Source: an uncultured Eubacterium sp.
GTDB lineage: Bacteria > Bacillota > Clostridia > Oscillospirales > Acutalibacteraceae
Assembly: GCA_910584985.1 (NCBI GenBank)
Contig: CAJUDJ010000002.1
Location: 70,411-134,410 of the forward strand
Length of the DNA: 64,000 nt
Reading direction: 5' to 3'
Shown: piece after piece, positions 17,105 through 25,739 of the stretch
Layout of the letters: every line of letters starts with the position of its first letter
Position numbering within the stretch: position 1 is the first letter of the stretch
Translations under genes and position numbers: made by a program
The notes under the pieces: model-generated
The model's input: only the letters and a program-made list of their open reading frames with translations
What the model was told of the DNA's origin: nothing
The model's database searches: none

Positions 17105-18340
17105 ATGGCAGTAAAAACAAAAAAGAGGGGAAAAACAGTGCTGATTATTCTGGCTTCCATTGCGGGCGTTATTGCGCTTGCCCTTTGTGCCTGTGTTGCG
17201 GTAAGCTTCGTGGGCATCAAATCAAATCAGAACTTTATCAAATCACTTAAGGCAGTCGAATATGAAAATCAGCTTGCGCCCCATCTTGCCGATGACGGTT
17301 ATTATACTTTTGTAACCGATGATGATTTTAAAGTAATGCAGCTTTCCGATATTCATATCGGTGCAGGCTTTTTAAGCATAAAAAAGGACACAATGGCGCT
17401 GAATGCCGTTGCGGCAATGATTACGGCAGAAAAGCCGGATTTGGTTATTGTTACAGGCGACATTGCATTTCCTGTGCCGTTTCAGTCGGGCACCTTTAAT
17501 AATAAAAATTCCGCACGCCTGTTTGCCGAACTGATGGAGCAGCTGGGTATTTACTGGGCACCTGCTTTCGGAAATCATGATACGGAATCCTATTCCTATT
17601 TCACAAGAGAGGAAATATGCAATTTTTATACTAATGGTGATTATAAGCATTGTCTGCTTCAGGCCGGACCGGATGATGTTGACGGCTTCGGAAACTACAT
17701 AGTCAATGTAAAAAATACCCTTGGAAAAATAACACAGAGCTTTGTTATTCTTGATTCCCAGTCCTATGTCGGTGCCGGAATTATAGACGGCATTATTTAT
17801 AAATATGACCGTATACATGATAATCAGGTAGAATGGTACAGAAATCAAATAACTGCTTTAACACAGAAAAATGGCGGAGAAACACCAAAATCTCTTGTTT
17901 TTTTCCATATTCCTCTTATAGAATTCAAAGATGCATGGCAGGAATATGTGGATAACAGCTGCAACAACACAGAAAATGTTAAATATTTATATGGCAAGGT
18001 CGGCGAAAAGAATAATGGTATCTTTTGCCCTGAGGAAAATTGCGGTCTTTTTGATGCCGCCCTTGAGATCGGTTCAACGCAGGGCTTTTTCTGCGGCCAT
18101 GATCATTTAAACAATTTCTCGCTGGATTACAAAGGCATACGCCTTTCTTACGGCTACACAATAGATTATCTTGCTTATTTCGGAATTATGAATTACGGTG
18201 CACAGCGCGGCTGCACAATCATTCATGTTGCACCGGACGGTAGTTTTTCTTCTCACCTTGAAAACTATTATCAGGATAAATACAGCCCTGTAAATGAAAA
18301 AGAAACCGTAAGCATGGAAAGCTGGATTCCCAGTTATTAA
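17105..18340 (+). CDS. Membrane-anchored calcineurin-like metallophosphoesterase
   Basis: 411 aa. N-terminal TM helix, then SDIHIG, GDIAFP, GNHD, FFHIPL and GHDH motifs. Confidence 0.85.
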   Translation: MAVKTKKRGKTVLIILASIAGVIALALCACVAVSFVGIKSNQNFIKSLKAVEYENQLAPHLADDGYYTFVTDDDFKVMQLSDIHIGAGFLSIKKDTMALNAVAAMITAEKPDLVIVTGDIAFPVPFQSGTFNNKNSARLFAELMEQLGIYWAPAFGNHDTESYSYFTREEICNFYTNGDYKHCLLQAGPDDVDGFGNYIVNVKNTLGKITQSFVILDSQSYVGAGIIDGIIYKYDRIHDNQVEWYRNQITALTQKNGGETPKSLVFFHIPLIEFKDAWQEYVDNSCNNTENVKYLYGKVGEKNNGIFCPEENCGLFDAALEIGSTQGFFCGHDHLNNFSLDYKGIRLSYGYTIDYLAYFGIMNYGAQRGCTIIHVAPDGSFSSHLENYYQDKYSPVNEKETVSMESWIPSY

Positions 18341-18347
18341 AAAACAG

Positions 18348-18376
18348 TTGACAAAATTCCACTTAGGTCATATAAT
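18348..18376 (+). promoter_or_regulatory. Consensus sigma-A promoter driving the FMN riboswitch and ribU
   Basis: TTGACA (18348-18353), 17 nt spacer, TATAAT (18371-18376). Confidence 0.7.
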
Positions 18377-18386
18377 AGGAATACAA

Positions 18387-18507
18387 AATATTTTCAGGGC
18401 GGGGTGAAATTCCCCACCGGCAGTAAAGTCTGCGACCCGTAAAGAAATTTGCGGCTGAATCGGTGAAATTCCGATACCGACGGTTAAAGTCCGGATGAGA
18501 GAAAATG
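18387..18507 (+). promoter_or_regulatory. FMN riboswitch (RFN element) aptamer
   Basis: AGGGCGGGGTGAAATTCCCCACCGGCAGT...GACCCG...GGTGAAATTCCGATACCGACGGTTAAAGTCCGGATGAGAGAAAAT matches the conserved RFN core. P1 is closed by ATTTTC/GAAAAT. Confidence 0.92.
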
Positions 18508-18557
18508 TTTAAGGCACAAAAATATTATAATCCTGCCTTATAAGTCAGAACATTTAC

Positions 18558-18592
18558 GCCCTTGGTATTTTCATACCAAGGGCTTCTCTTTT
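18558..18592 (+). terminator. Riboswitch expression-platform terminator
   Basis: GCCCTTGGTAT-tttc-ATACCAAGGGC followed by TTCTCTTTT, just upstream of the ribU SD. Confidence 0.75.
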
Positions 18593-18611
18593 GCCCAAAA
18601 AAGGAGAAAAA

Positions 18612-19211
18612 ATGAAAACAACAAAAAAAGTAAACGTAACAAAGCTGACAACCATTGCAATGCTGACAGCAATAGGCACAATTCTTCAGTATCTTGAAGT
18701 TTCAATTCCGATTATGCCTGAATTTATCAAGCTTGATTTTTCGGATTTGCCGCAGCTGATCGGTGCAATCACCCTTGGTCCTGTTTCAGGCGTTATTATA
18801 TGCCTTGTGCGCAATATCATACATATGATTGTAAGTAACAGCGGTTTTGTGGGTGAACTTTCAAACTTTATTATCGGTGCATCTCTTGCACTGACAGCCG
18901 GCTTTATTCACAAAAAAATCCCGAATTTCAAGGGTGCTGTTATCGGCAGCATTGCCGGTGCGGTTGTTATGGGGCTTATTTCGCTACCAAGCAACTATTT
19001 TGTTATTTATCCGCTTTATTACAATGTGGTGGGCTTTCCCGAAGAAGCCATTCTTGGCATGTATAAGGTGTTAAGACCGTCCACAAAAAATATTTTTGAA
19101 GCGCTGCTTGTTTTCAATGTGCCGTTTACAATCGTTAAAGGGCTGATAAGCGCAATACTTACAATTCTCGTTTATAAACCTGTAAATAAGGTTTTAAAAT
19201 TATCAAAGTAA
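18612..19211 (+). CDS. ribU: Riboflavin transporter, ECF S-component
   Basis: Start set at ATG 18612 (AAGGAG at 18601-18606). The 199 aa multi-TM protein contains ...LTAIGTILQYLEVSIP...KLDFSDLPQLIGA..., which is RibU/FmnP-like. It lies downstream of the FMN riboswitch. Confidence 0.9.
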   Translation: MKTTKKVNVTKLTTIAMLTAIGTILQYLEVSIPIMPEFIKLDFSDLPQLIGAITLGPVSGVIICLVRNIIHMIVSNSGFVGELSNFIIGASLALTAGFIHKKIPNFKGAVIGSIAGAVVMGLISLPSNYFVIYPLYYNVVGFPEEAILGMYKVLRPSTKNIFEALLVFNVPFTIVKGLISAILTILVYKPVNKVLKLSK

Positions 19212-19267
19212 AAATCTGCCTGCGGTGATCTGCACACTTGCGACAGTAAACTATATATCCTCTTTTA

Positions 19268-19296
19268 AAGCTGTTCTTTTCAGAACAGCTTTTTTA
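19268..19296 (+). terminator. Intrinsic terminator after ribU
   Basis: AAAGCTGTTC-tttt-GAACAGCTTT plus a T run. Confidence 0.7.
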
Positions 19297-19360
19297 TCAA
19301 AATAACCAAAAACATTAAAATCTCTGTTACATTTTTTTATTTTGGTCGGCAACAATATTA

Positions 19361-19389
19361 TTGCTATTTTTTTAACAATGCTGTATAAT
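19361..19389 (+). promoter_or_regulatory. Candidate sigma-A promoter of fba
   Basis: TTGCTA (19361-19366), 17 nt spacer, TATAAT (19384-19389). Confidence 0.6.
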
Positions 19390-19430
19390 ATTATCATAAA
19401 ATTATAATTAAATTTAAGGAGAAAATAATT

Positions 19431-20300
19431 ATGTTAGTTTCTGCAACCGAAATGCTGAAAAAAGCAAAAGCAGGTCATTATGCTGTCGGCCAGTTCAACA
19501 TCAATAATCTTGAATGGACAAAATCCGTTCTTTTAACTGCTCAGGAATTGAACAGCCCTGTTATTCTTGGTGTTTCAGAAGGCGCAGGCAAATATATGAC
19601 GGGCTTTAAAACCGTTGCTGCCATGGTTAAAGCAATGGATGAGGAACTTGGAATCACTGTTCCTGTGGCTCTTCATCTTGACCATGGAACATACGAAGGC
19701 TGCTATAAATGCATTAAAGCAGGCTTTACTTCCATTATGTTTGACGGTTCCCATTATCCGATTGATGAAAATGTTGCCAAAACAACAGAACTTGTTCATG
19801 TTGCACATGCACTCGGTCTTTCAATAGAAGCTGAGGTAGGATCTATCGGCGGTGAGGAAGACGGTGTTATCGGCGCAGGTGAATGTGCAGACCCTGATGA
19901 ATGCAAAATGGTTGCTGATCTCGGTGTTGACATGCTTGCAGCAGGTATCGGTAATATTCACGGCAAATATCCTGAAAACTGGGCAGGTCTTTCTTTTGAT
20001 ACACTTGATGCAATTCAGCAGAAAACAGGTGTTATGCCTCTTGTTCTTCACGGCGGCACAGGTATTCCTGAGGATATGATAAAAAAAGCAATAGATTTAG
20101 GCGTTTCTAAAATCAATGTTAACACAGAGTGCCAGCTTTCCTTCCAGGAAGCAACACGCAAATACATTGAAGACGGCAAGGATTTACAGGGCAAGGGATT
20201 TGACCCGCGTAAACTTCTTGCACCCGGTGCTGAAGCTATCAGAGCAACCGTTAAAGAAAAAATGGAACTTTTCGGTTCAATCGGCAAAGCAAACGACTGA
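19431..20300 (+). CDS. fba: Class II fructose-1,6-bisphosphate aldolase
   Basis: 289 aa. Motifs: AVGQFNINNLEW, HLDHG, SIMFDGSH and VLHGGTG. SD AAGGAG lies upstream. Confidence 0.95.
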   Translation: MLVSATEMLKKAKAGHYAVGQFNINNLEWTKSVLLTAQELNSPVILGVSEGAGKYMTGFKTVAAMVKAMDEELGITVPVALHLDHGTYEGCYKCIKAGFTSIMFDGSHYPIDENVAKTTELVHVAHALGLSIEAEVGSIGGEEDGVIGAGECADPDECKMVADLGVDMLAAGIGNIHGKYPENWAGLSFDTLDAIQQKTGVMPLVLHGGTGIPEDMIKKAIDLGVSKINVNTECQLSFQEATRKYIEDGKDLQGKGFDPRKLLAPGAEAIRATVKEKMELFGSIGKAND

Positions 20301-20308
20301 TAAAAACA

Positions 20309-20336
20309 AAAAGGCAGTTTCACTGCCTTTTTTATT
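20309..20336 (+). terminator. Intrinsic terminator after fba
   Basis: AAAGGCAG-tttca-CTGCCTTTTTT. Confidence 0.75.
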
Positions 20337-20457
20337 TTAAAAAGTTTTTCTAAAAATATTGTTGAATAACAATTTTTAATCATTTTATTTTTTCTTTCTT
20401 TACAAACAATAATAGAGCACGGCAAGCCGTGAATTTTTTTGAACGGAGGAGAAAATT

Positions 20458-20634
20458 ATGAAAAGAAAAACAGTAAACATCATTAAAGGTGTGGGCGTTG
20501 CAATGGCTGTTGGTTCTGCTGTTGCGGCAGCAAGCGCATCTATGGGGCAGAACAGCAAAAGCACAAAAAAAACCATGCAAAAAGCTGTAAACAAGGTTTC
20601 TGATTTTGTTGACACGGTTTCATCTTTAATGTAA
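20458..20634 (+). CDS. 58 aa hypothetical small protein (below the ORF-track cutoff)
   Basis: Hand translation: MKRKTVNIIKGVGVAMAVGSAVAAASASMGQNSKSTKKTMQKAVNKVSDFVDTVSSLM*. GGAGGAG lies 7 nt upstream of the ATG. One Gly/Ala-rich hydrophobic stretch is present. Confidence 0.45.
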   Translation: MKRKTVNIIKGVGVAMAVGSAVAAASASMGQNSKSTKKTMQKAVNKVSDFVDTVSSLM

Positions 20635-20643
20635 AAACAAAAA

Positions 20644-20701
20644 GCAGAAAAACCAAATTTTTCTGCACACTGAAAGGGACGGAAATTTCCGTCCCTTTCA
20701 G
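20644..20701. terminator. Two tandem hairpins between the small ORF (+) and folK (-)
   Basis: GCAGAAAAA-ccaaa-TTTTTCTGC (20644-20666) and CTGAAAGGGACGG-aaattt-CCGTCCCTTTCAG (20670-20701). Confidence 0.65.
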
Positions 20702-20704
20702 AAT

Positions 20705-21202
20705 TTACATGATTTCATAATCTGTTTTTTCTTCAATCTTAATAACTTCCTGCCCTTCGATTTTATCCAGAAAAGAGGAAAAATCAACATTAAAGGCCGT
20801 TCCGCTTTCAAAAATATCCAACAGCGGCTGAAGCACAAAACGCCGTTCAAACATTCTCGGATGGGGCAGCGTTAAATTTTTCGTGTGTGTGGTATAATCT
20901 TCTGCCATAAGCAAATCCACATCCAGTATTCTGGGTCCGTTTTTGATTCCTCTTTTTCTGCCGAAAGCACTTTCAATTCCAAGGCACATTCCAAGCATTT
21001 CATGCGGCTCAAGCTGGCTTTCAACAAGCAAATTGCAATTATAGAAATTTTGCTGTCTTGCATATCCGACAGGCTCTGTTTCATAAATTCCGGAGCGAAT
21101 CAGAACATCTGTATACGGGGTTAAATTAATTGCCTCAATACATTTTTCTATATTTTCTTTTCGGTTGCCTATATTGGTTCCTATACCTAAAATATATTTC
21201 AT
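20705..21202 (-). CDS. folK: 2-amino-4-hydroxy-6-hydroxymethyldihydropterin pyrophosphokinase
   Basis: Start set at ATG 21202 (MKYILGIGTNIGNR...). Motifs GPRILDVDLL and LTLPHPRM. The start lies 2 nt after the folB stop. Confidence 0.92.
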   Translation of the reverse strand: MKYILGIGTNIGNRKENIEKCIEAINLTPYTDVLIRSGIYETEPVGYARQQNFYNCNLLVESQLEPHEMLGMCLGIESAFGRKRGIKNGPRILDVDLLMAEDYTTHTKNLTLPHPRMFERRFVLQPLLDIFESGTAFNVDFSSFLDKIEGQEVIKIEEKTDYEIM

Positions 21203-21204
21203 GA

Positions 21205-21567
21205 TTAACACCTGCTGCGTGAAATATGAACACCCATATATTCAAATTCTGCCGAAACGGGTGCCTGAGGTTTTTTCAGTGTAAGCTCAACTGCAAAAAT
21301 ATCGGGATATTCTTCCAGAATCGCATTGCTGACTACATATGCACATCTTTCAAGCAAATCATACTTTTCTGCCGTGAAAACACGGCGCACGGTTTTAACC
21401 ACCTTTGCATAGCTAACCGTATCTTCCACATTATCGCTCTGAAACGCTCTGTTCATATTCACAGAAAGTGCAATATCAAAAATAAAATCCTGCCCGTTTT
21501 CTTTTTCCTCGGGATTAACACCGTGATAGGCAAAAAGTTTTAATCCTTTAATTAAAATTTTATCCAT
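21205..21567 (-). CDS. folB: Dihydroneopterin aldolase
   Basis: 120 aa; MDKILIKGLKLFAYHGVNPEEKENGQDF... is the typical FolB N-terminus. Confidence 0.92.
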   Translation of the reverse strand: MDKILIKGLKLFAYHGVNPEEKENGQDFIFDIALSVNMNRAFQSDNVEDTVSYAKVVKTVRRVFTAEKYDLLERCAYVVSNAILEEYPDIFAVELTLKKPQAPVSAEFEYMGVHISRSRC

Positions 21568-21580
21568 TTTTCTTCCTTCT

Positions 21581-22390
21581 TTAATTATCCATCAAACTGT
21601 TTTTGAGGGCTTCCGCCATTCTTATACCCTGTATTTCTTTTTCAACATCGTGCAGTCTTATGATATCTGCTCCACCGAAAATTGCTGCTGTATCTGCCGC
21701 AATATTTCCGTAAATGCGCATTTTCGGATTTTCCTGCCCTGTTCCTTCTTTTATAACGCGTTTTCTGCTTGTTCCGAGCAAAAGCGGATATCCATCTTTT
21801 TTATAATGAGAAATATTTGAAATAAGGCTCATATCCTGTTTTCTTGTTTTTCCAAAGCCGATTCCCATATCAAAGCAAATCTGATTTTTCTTTATTTCTT
21901 CATTTTTCAGTTTTTCAGTTGATATTTCAAAAAATTCTTTCACTTCCTGCACATCACCGCTGCCATTATGCATTATAATCCAGCCTGCGCCGCTTTTTTT
22001 GACGATTTGTGCCATTTCAGATGTTATTACTCCTGAAACATCATTAATAATGCTCACGCCGTTTTGAACAGCCTTTTCGGCAACATACGGATAATAGGTG
22101 TCTGCCGATAACGGAATATTGACTTTTCCCTTTAAAAGCTTTAATACAGGTTCAAGCCGTTTCCATTCTTCCTCTGCGCTAACCGGAATATGACCCGGCC
22201 GTGTTGACTGTGCGCCTAAATCTATAATATCTGCTCCCTGTTTTTCCATTAACTGTGCTGTTTTCACAGCATCTTCGGGTTTAAAATTATCACCGCCGTC
22301 CGAAAAGGAATCGGGTGTAATATTTACAATTCCCATTATTAATGTCTTTTTTCCGTATTCCAGTTCAAACTTTTTACAGTTCCAAATCAT
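21581..22390 (-). CDS. folP: Dihydropteroate synthase
   Basis: 269 aa with GIVNITPDSFSDGG, DIIDLGAQSTRPG and LLLGTSRKR motifs. Confidence 0.95.
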   Translation of the reverse strand: MIWNCKKFELEYGKKTLIMGIVNITPDSFSDGGDNFKPEDAVKTAQLMEKQGADIIDLGAQSTRPGHIPVSAEEEWKRLEPVLKLLKGKVNIPLSADTYYPYVAEKAVQNGVSIINDVSGVITSEMAQIVKKSGAGWIIMHNGSGDVQEVKEFFEISTEKLKNEEIKKNQICFDMGIGFGKTRKQDMSLISNISHYKKDGYPLLLGTSRKRVIKEGTGQENPKMRIYGNIAADTAAIFGGADIIRLHDVEKEIQGIRMAEALKNSLMDN

Positions 22391-22410
22391 CCTTTTTCCT
22401 CTTTTTTCTT

Positions 22411-22980
22411 TTATTTATCAAGCAGTGCAAGCACCTCTGCCCTTGTTCTTGAATCCGATCTCATAATGCCTCTTAATGCCGAAGTCTGTGTTTTGCTTCC
22501 CGGTGCCTTAGCACCTCTTATTGTCATACACATATGCTCTGCTTCTATAATAACTGCCACACCCTTCGGATTCATATTTTTTTCAAGGAAATCTGCAATA
22601 TCATGCGTTAATCTTTCCTGCACCTGTGGCTTTTTTGCAAAATTATCAACAATTCGTGCAAGCTTTGAAAGCCCTATAATTTTATTTTTGCTTGGAATAT
22701 AGGCAATATGTGCTTTTCCCACAAAAGGAAGCAGATGATGTTCACACATAGAAGAAAACGGAATATCTCTTACAATAACCATATCATCGTTTGCACTTTC
22801 ATCAAAAAATTTCAGATGTTTTTCCGGATTTTCGCTTAATCCGGAAAAAATTTCTTCATACATTTTGGCAACACGGCGCGGTGTTTCCAGAAGCCCTGCC
22901 CTTTCGGGATTTTCACCCACTGCAATCAGAATTTCCCTTACTGCTTTTTCAATTTTTCTTTTATTTTCTTCAGTAATCAT
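22411..22980 (-). CDS. folE: GTP cyclohydrolase I
   Basis: 189 aa with [12 protein letters not shown] and [14 protein letters not shown] motifs. Confidence 0.95.
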   Translation of the reverse strand: MITEENKRKIEKAVREILIAVGENPERAGLLETPRRVAKMYEEIFSGLSENPEKHLKFFDESANDDMVIVRDIPFSSMCEHHLLPFVGKAHIAYIPSKNKIIGLSKLARIVDNFAKKPQVQERLTHDIADFLEKNMNPKGVAVIIEAEHMCMTIRGAKAPGSKTQTSALRGIMRSDSRTRAEVLALLDK

Positions 22981-22994
22981 AAGCTTTCCTTTTC

Positions 22995-23909
22995 TTATTT
23001 TACAAAATATCCTCTTATATCATCAACAGAGGATGCTATAACAAAATTTCCTTCATATACAGGTTTTATTCCGTAAACATTTACACCTGTTGTTTCATCG
23101 CACAAAACGGTTAGTTCATCTGTTCCCTCATTAAAATCACGAATGGTTATATTGGTTATGGAATGATCAATAAGTCTTGAAAATTGTTTTTCCTTAATTT
23201 TATAATTTTCCGGATTTATCTGCTGGGAAAGTGCCGTGCAGAAAAATTCATTTACAGTATCATACTTTTCATTTATCATATAATATCTTATTATTTTTGC
23301 TGCTGTATTTCCGTCAATTCTCTGATCTCCGCTGCCAATTTTTATATTAAATCCGTAATAAGAATTATCCTTATATTTTATTTCTTCATTCACAACATAA
23401 TTTATTTCACCGAAGTAATCGAACATATCTGCATACTGTTTAACGCTCTGATCAATGAAATAATCAATTTCTATGCCGAAAAATGTACTTACAGCATTTA
23501 AAATATTACCGGCATTTCCTTTTTTATAAATATCTGTTAATTTATTATTTTCAATTTCTGTTTCTCCCTTTAATGAACAAACTTTATAGGAAAGAGTATC
23601 CAAATCAACCTGAATCAGTGAACACATATAAATTTCACTTGTATCTTCATTTTTCAGAATAAAAAGAAAGTTATTTTTTCCTTTTACAGCCGGAAGATTT
23701 TTTGTTTCATTATATTCAACACTATTCATCGTTTTCGGTTTAAAAAAATTTTTTGCCGAAAAATCATATTTAATTCCGACAATCAAAACAAAAACTGCTG
23801 TAAAAGCAAGAATAAAGGCAAGAACGGCAAAAAGTATTTTCTGTTCCAAATCTGATTTTAATTTTGTGGCCGGAATATATATATCCCCGCGGTTTTTAAA
23901 CAATCGCAT
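22995..23909 (-). CDS. Membrane-anchored LCP (LytR-CpsA-Psr)-fold protein with degenerate catalytic residues
   Basis: 304 aa. N-terminal TM helix; the core aligns by eye with LCP blocks (NFLFIL..., [21 protein letters not shown]). The conserved Arg positions seen in the canonical LCP at 33190 (TRADS, LRDS) are not Arg here. Confidence 0.55.
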   Translation of the reverse strand: MRLFKNRGDIYIPATKLKSDLEQKILFAVLAFILAFTAVFVLIVGIKYDFSAKNFFKPKTMNSVEYNETKNLPAVKGKNNFLFILKNEDTSEIYMCSLIQVDLDTLSYKVCSLKGETEIENNKLTDIYKKGNAGNILNAVSTFFGIEIDYFIDQSVKQYADMFDYFGEINYVVNEEIKYKDNSYYGFNIKIGSGDQRIDGNTAAKIIRYYMINEKYDTVNEFFCTALSQQINPENYKIKEKQFSRLIDHSITNITIRDFNEGTDELTVLCDETTGVNVYGIKPVYEGNFVIASSVDDIRGYFVK

Positions 23910-24108
23910 TTTATCACCCTCTTGAAATCAAGAACATTATACATTAATTGTATTATTAAAACAAGATAAATTTATATATATATCTTTAATAATATATTAA
24001 TTATATATATTTATAAATAAGTATTGAATATAATTTAAAACAATGATATAATAAAACATATGCAGGATTTTTCCGCATCTGTTTATTTTTTTATGAAAAG
24101 GAGAAATA
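23910..24108. other. AT-rich region upstream of dnaA (left part of the putative oriC / dnaA promoter region)
   Basis: 199 bp that are almost entirely A/T, including a (TA)n run (TTTATATATATATCT). I found no CACA or TGTG cores, so there are no DnaA boxes here. Confidence 0.5.
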
Positions 24109-25500
24109 ATGGATACATATAACGATGTGTGCGAAGCGGTTTTAACATATTGCAGCACAAAAACTTCATCAAATGCTTTTAAATTATGGCTTTCTGAAAT
24201 TACCGTTACAGGATTTGAAAATAATACATTCACATTATTTCTGCCAAGTTCCTTTAAAAGAAAAATTGTTATAGATACATATGATTCACTTTTGAATGAA
24301 GCCTTTGAAAATGTTATGGGCTTCAGCGTAAATCTGAATTATGACTGCCCGGAGGAGCAGAAATCTATTTTTGATTCTGCCCGTTCGGACCATGAGAGAG
24401 ACCTTGAAACGGCCAGAAATGTAAAAAATAATATTGAAAAATCAGATAATCTTCCGATAGAACAATTTACATTTGATACTTTTATCGAAGGCCCTTCAAA
24501 CCGTTTCGCTTACAGAGCAGCTATGGCTGTTGCAGATAATCCGGGCGGAACTGCAAAAAATGAAATTTCTTATAACAACTATAATCCTCTTTTTATTTAT
24601 GGAAAATCCGGGCTTGGAAAAACACATATTCTGAATGCAATCTGCTATCAAATCAGAAAAAATTATCCTGCCATGCGCATTCTTTATGTAAGATCTGAGG
24701 ATTTTGTAAATGAATTTATCGCTGCACTTGGAAATAAAACCGTTGATGAATTCCATGATAAATTCAGAAATATTGATGTTCTTCTTGTGGATGATATTCA
24801 GCTTATCGGCGGAAAAGACAGAACAGAAGAGGAATTTTTCCACACCTTTAATTCTCTTGTTGAAAACGGAAAACAGATTGTTCTTACATCCGACCGACCG
24901 CCGAAAGAAATAAAAAGCCTTACGGACAGGCTGTGCACCCGTTTTGAGCAGGGATTGCTTGCAGATATTCAGTCGCCCGAATATGAAACACGCTGTGCAA
25001 TTATAAAAAGAAAGGCAGAACTTCTTAATTTTGAAATTCCGAATTCTGTTGTGGAATACATTGCCGAAAAAATAAAAACAAATATACGCCAGCTGGAGGG
25101 CACAACAAAAAAAATATATGCCATGAGCCAGCTTTCCGGCACAATTCCTTCTATTCCCCTTGCACAGAGAGTTATTAAGGATGTAACAACGGACACACAG
25201 CCGGTTCCCGTTACCATTCAGAAAATTGTTGAAGAGGTAAGCAGAACGGAAGGCGTTTCCGTTGAGGACCTTTACAGTAAAAAGCGCCGTGCAAATATTG
25301 TTAATGCAAGAAAAATAGCAATTTATATGATAAGAGAAATTACAAATTGCAGCTATGAAACCATCGGCGATAATTTCGGACTGAATCATTCAACCATTAT
25401 TTACAATATTAATCAGCTGATAGAAAGCATGGAAAAGAATTCAAAGCTTGCAAGAAAAATTGAAGATATGATTAATAATATCAAAGAAGATAATTATTGA
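24109..25500 (+). CDS. dnaA: Chromosomal replication initiator protein DnaA
   Basis: 463 aa. Walker A GKSGLGKTHIL, Walker B LLVDDIQ and the domain IV HTH (RKIAIYMIREITNCSYETIGDNFG..HSTIIY). Confidence 0.98.
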   Translation: MDTYNDVCEAVLTYCSTKTSSNAFKLWLSEITVTGFENNTFTLFLPSSFKRKIVIDTYDSLLNEAFENVMGFSVNLNYDCPEEQKSIFDSARSDHERDLETARNVKNNIEKSDNLPIEQFTFDTFIEGPSNRFAYRAAMAVADNPGGTAKNEISYNNYNPLFIYGKSGLGKTHILNAICYQIRKNYPAMRILYVRSEDFVNEFIAALGNKTVDEFHDKFRNIDVLLVDDIQLIGGKDRTEEEFFHTFNSLVENGKQIVLTSDRPPKEIKSLTDRLCTRFEQGLLADIQSPEYETRCAIIKRKAELLNFEIPNSVVEYIAEKIKTNIRQLEGTTKKIYAMSQLSGTIPSIPLAQRVIKDVTTDTQPVPVTIQKIVEEVSRTEGVSVEDLYSKKRRANIVNARKIAIYMIREITNCSYETIGDNFGLNHSTIIYNINQLIESMEKNSKLARKIEDMINNIKEDNY

Positions 25501-25739
25501 GTTTTCAACAACTTATCCGTTATAAACATAAACTTTTTTAAATGAATTGTTGAAAAAATTTTTTATGCACAATTTGATAAAATTATGAACAATCCGCTGT
25601 TTATAATTTTAAGCTTATATTTGGCTTTATCCTTATTGTTTTTTACTTTTGAACAATTTCAACAGCCCTTATTACTATTACTATAACTATCATAATAATA
25701 AAATGAAAATTTTTTATTTTCAAAAAACGGAGGAAAATT
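25501..25739. other. dnaA-dnaN spacer: putative oriC unwinding module (DnaA-box-like 9-mers, GC cluster, DnaA-trio-like array, AT-rich tract)
   Basis: Box-like 9-mers: TTATCCGTT (25513), TTATGCACA (25563, 1 mismatch to TTATCCACA), TTATGAACA (25583) and TTATCCTTA (25627). A CAGCCC cluster lies at 25663-25668. On the lower strand from 25669, 6 of 7 triplets read 3'-(G/A)AT-5'. An A/T tract runs to 25726. Confidence 0.65.

Noticed and set aside
24496-25389. Very long antisense ORFs inside well-supported genes. Examples: 297 aa opposite dnaA (24496-25389), 206 aa opposite ppdK (9524-10144), 201 aa opposite glmU (6042-6647), 196 aa opposite gyrA (32206-32796), 256 aa opposite the GT2 gene (59986-60756), and 183 aa opposite trmB and opposite the GHMP kinase.
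   Set aside because: Their translations are Cys/Phe/Ile/Asn-rich with no recognisable motifs and no SD. They occupy the frame opposite strongly supported genes, which is the usual shadow-ORF effect of codon bias. Nothing in the sequence argues for overlapping genes.
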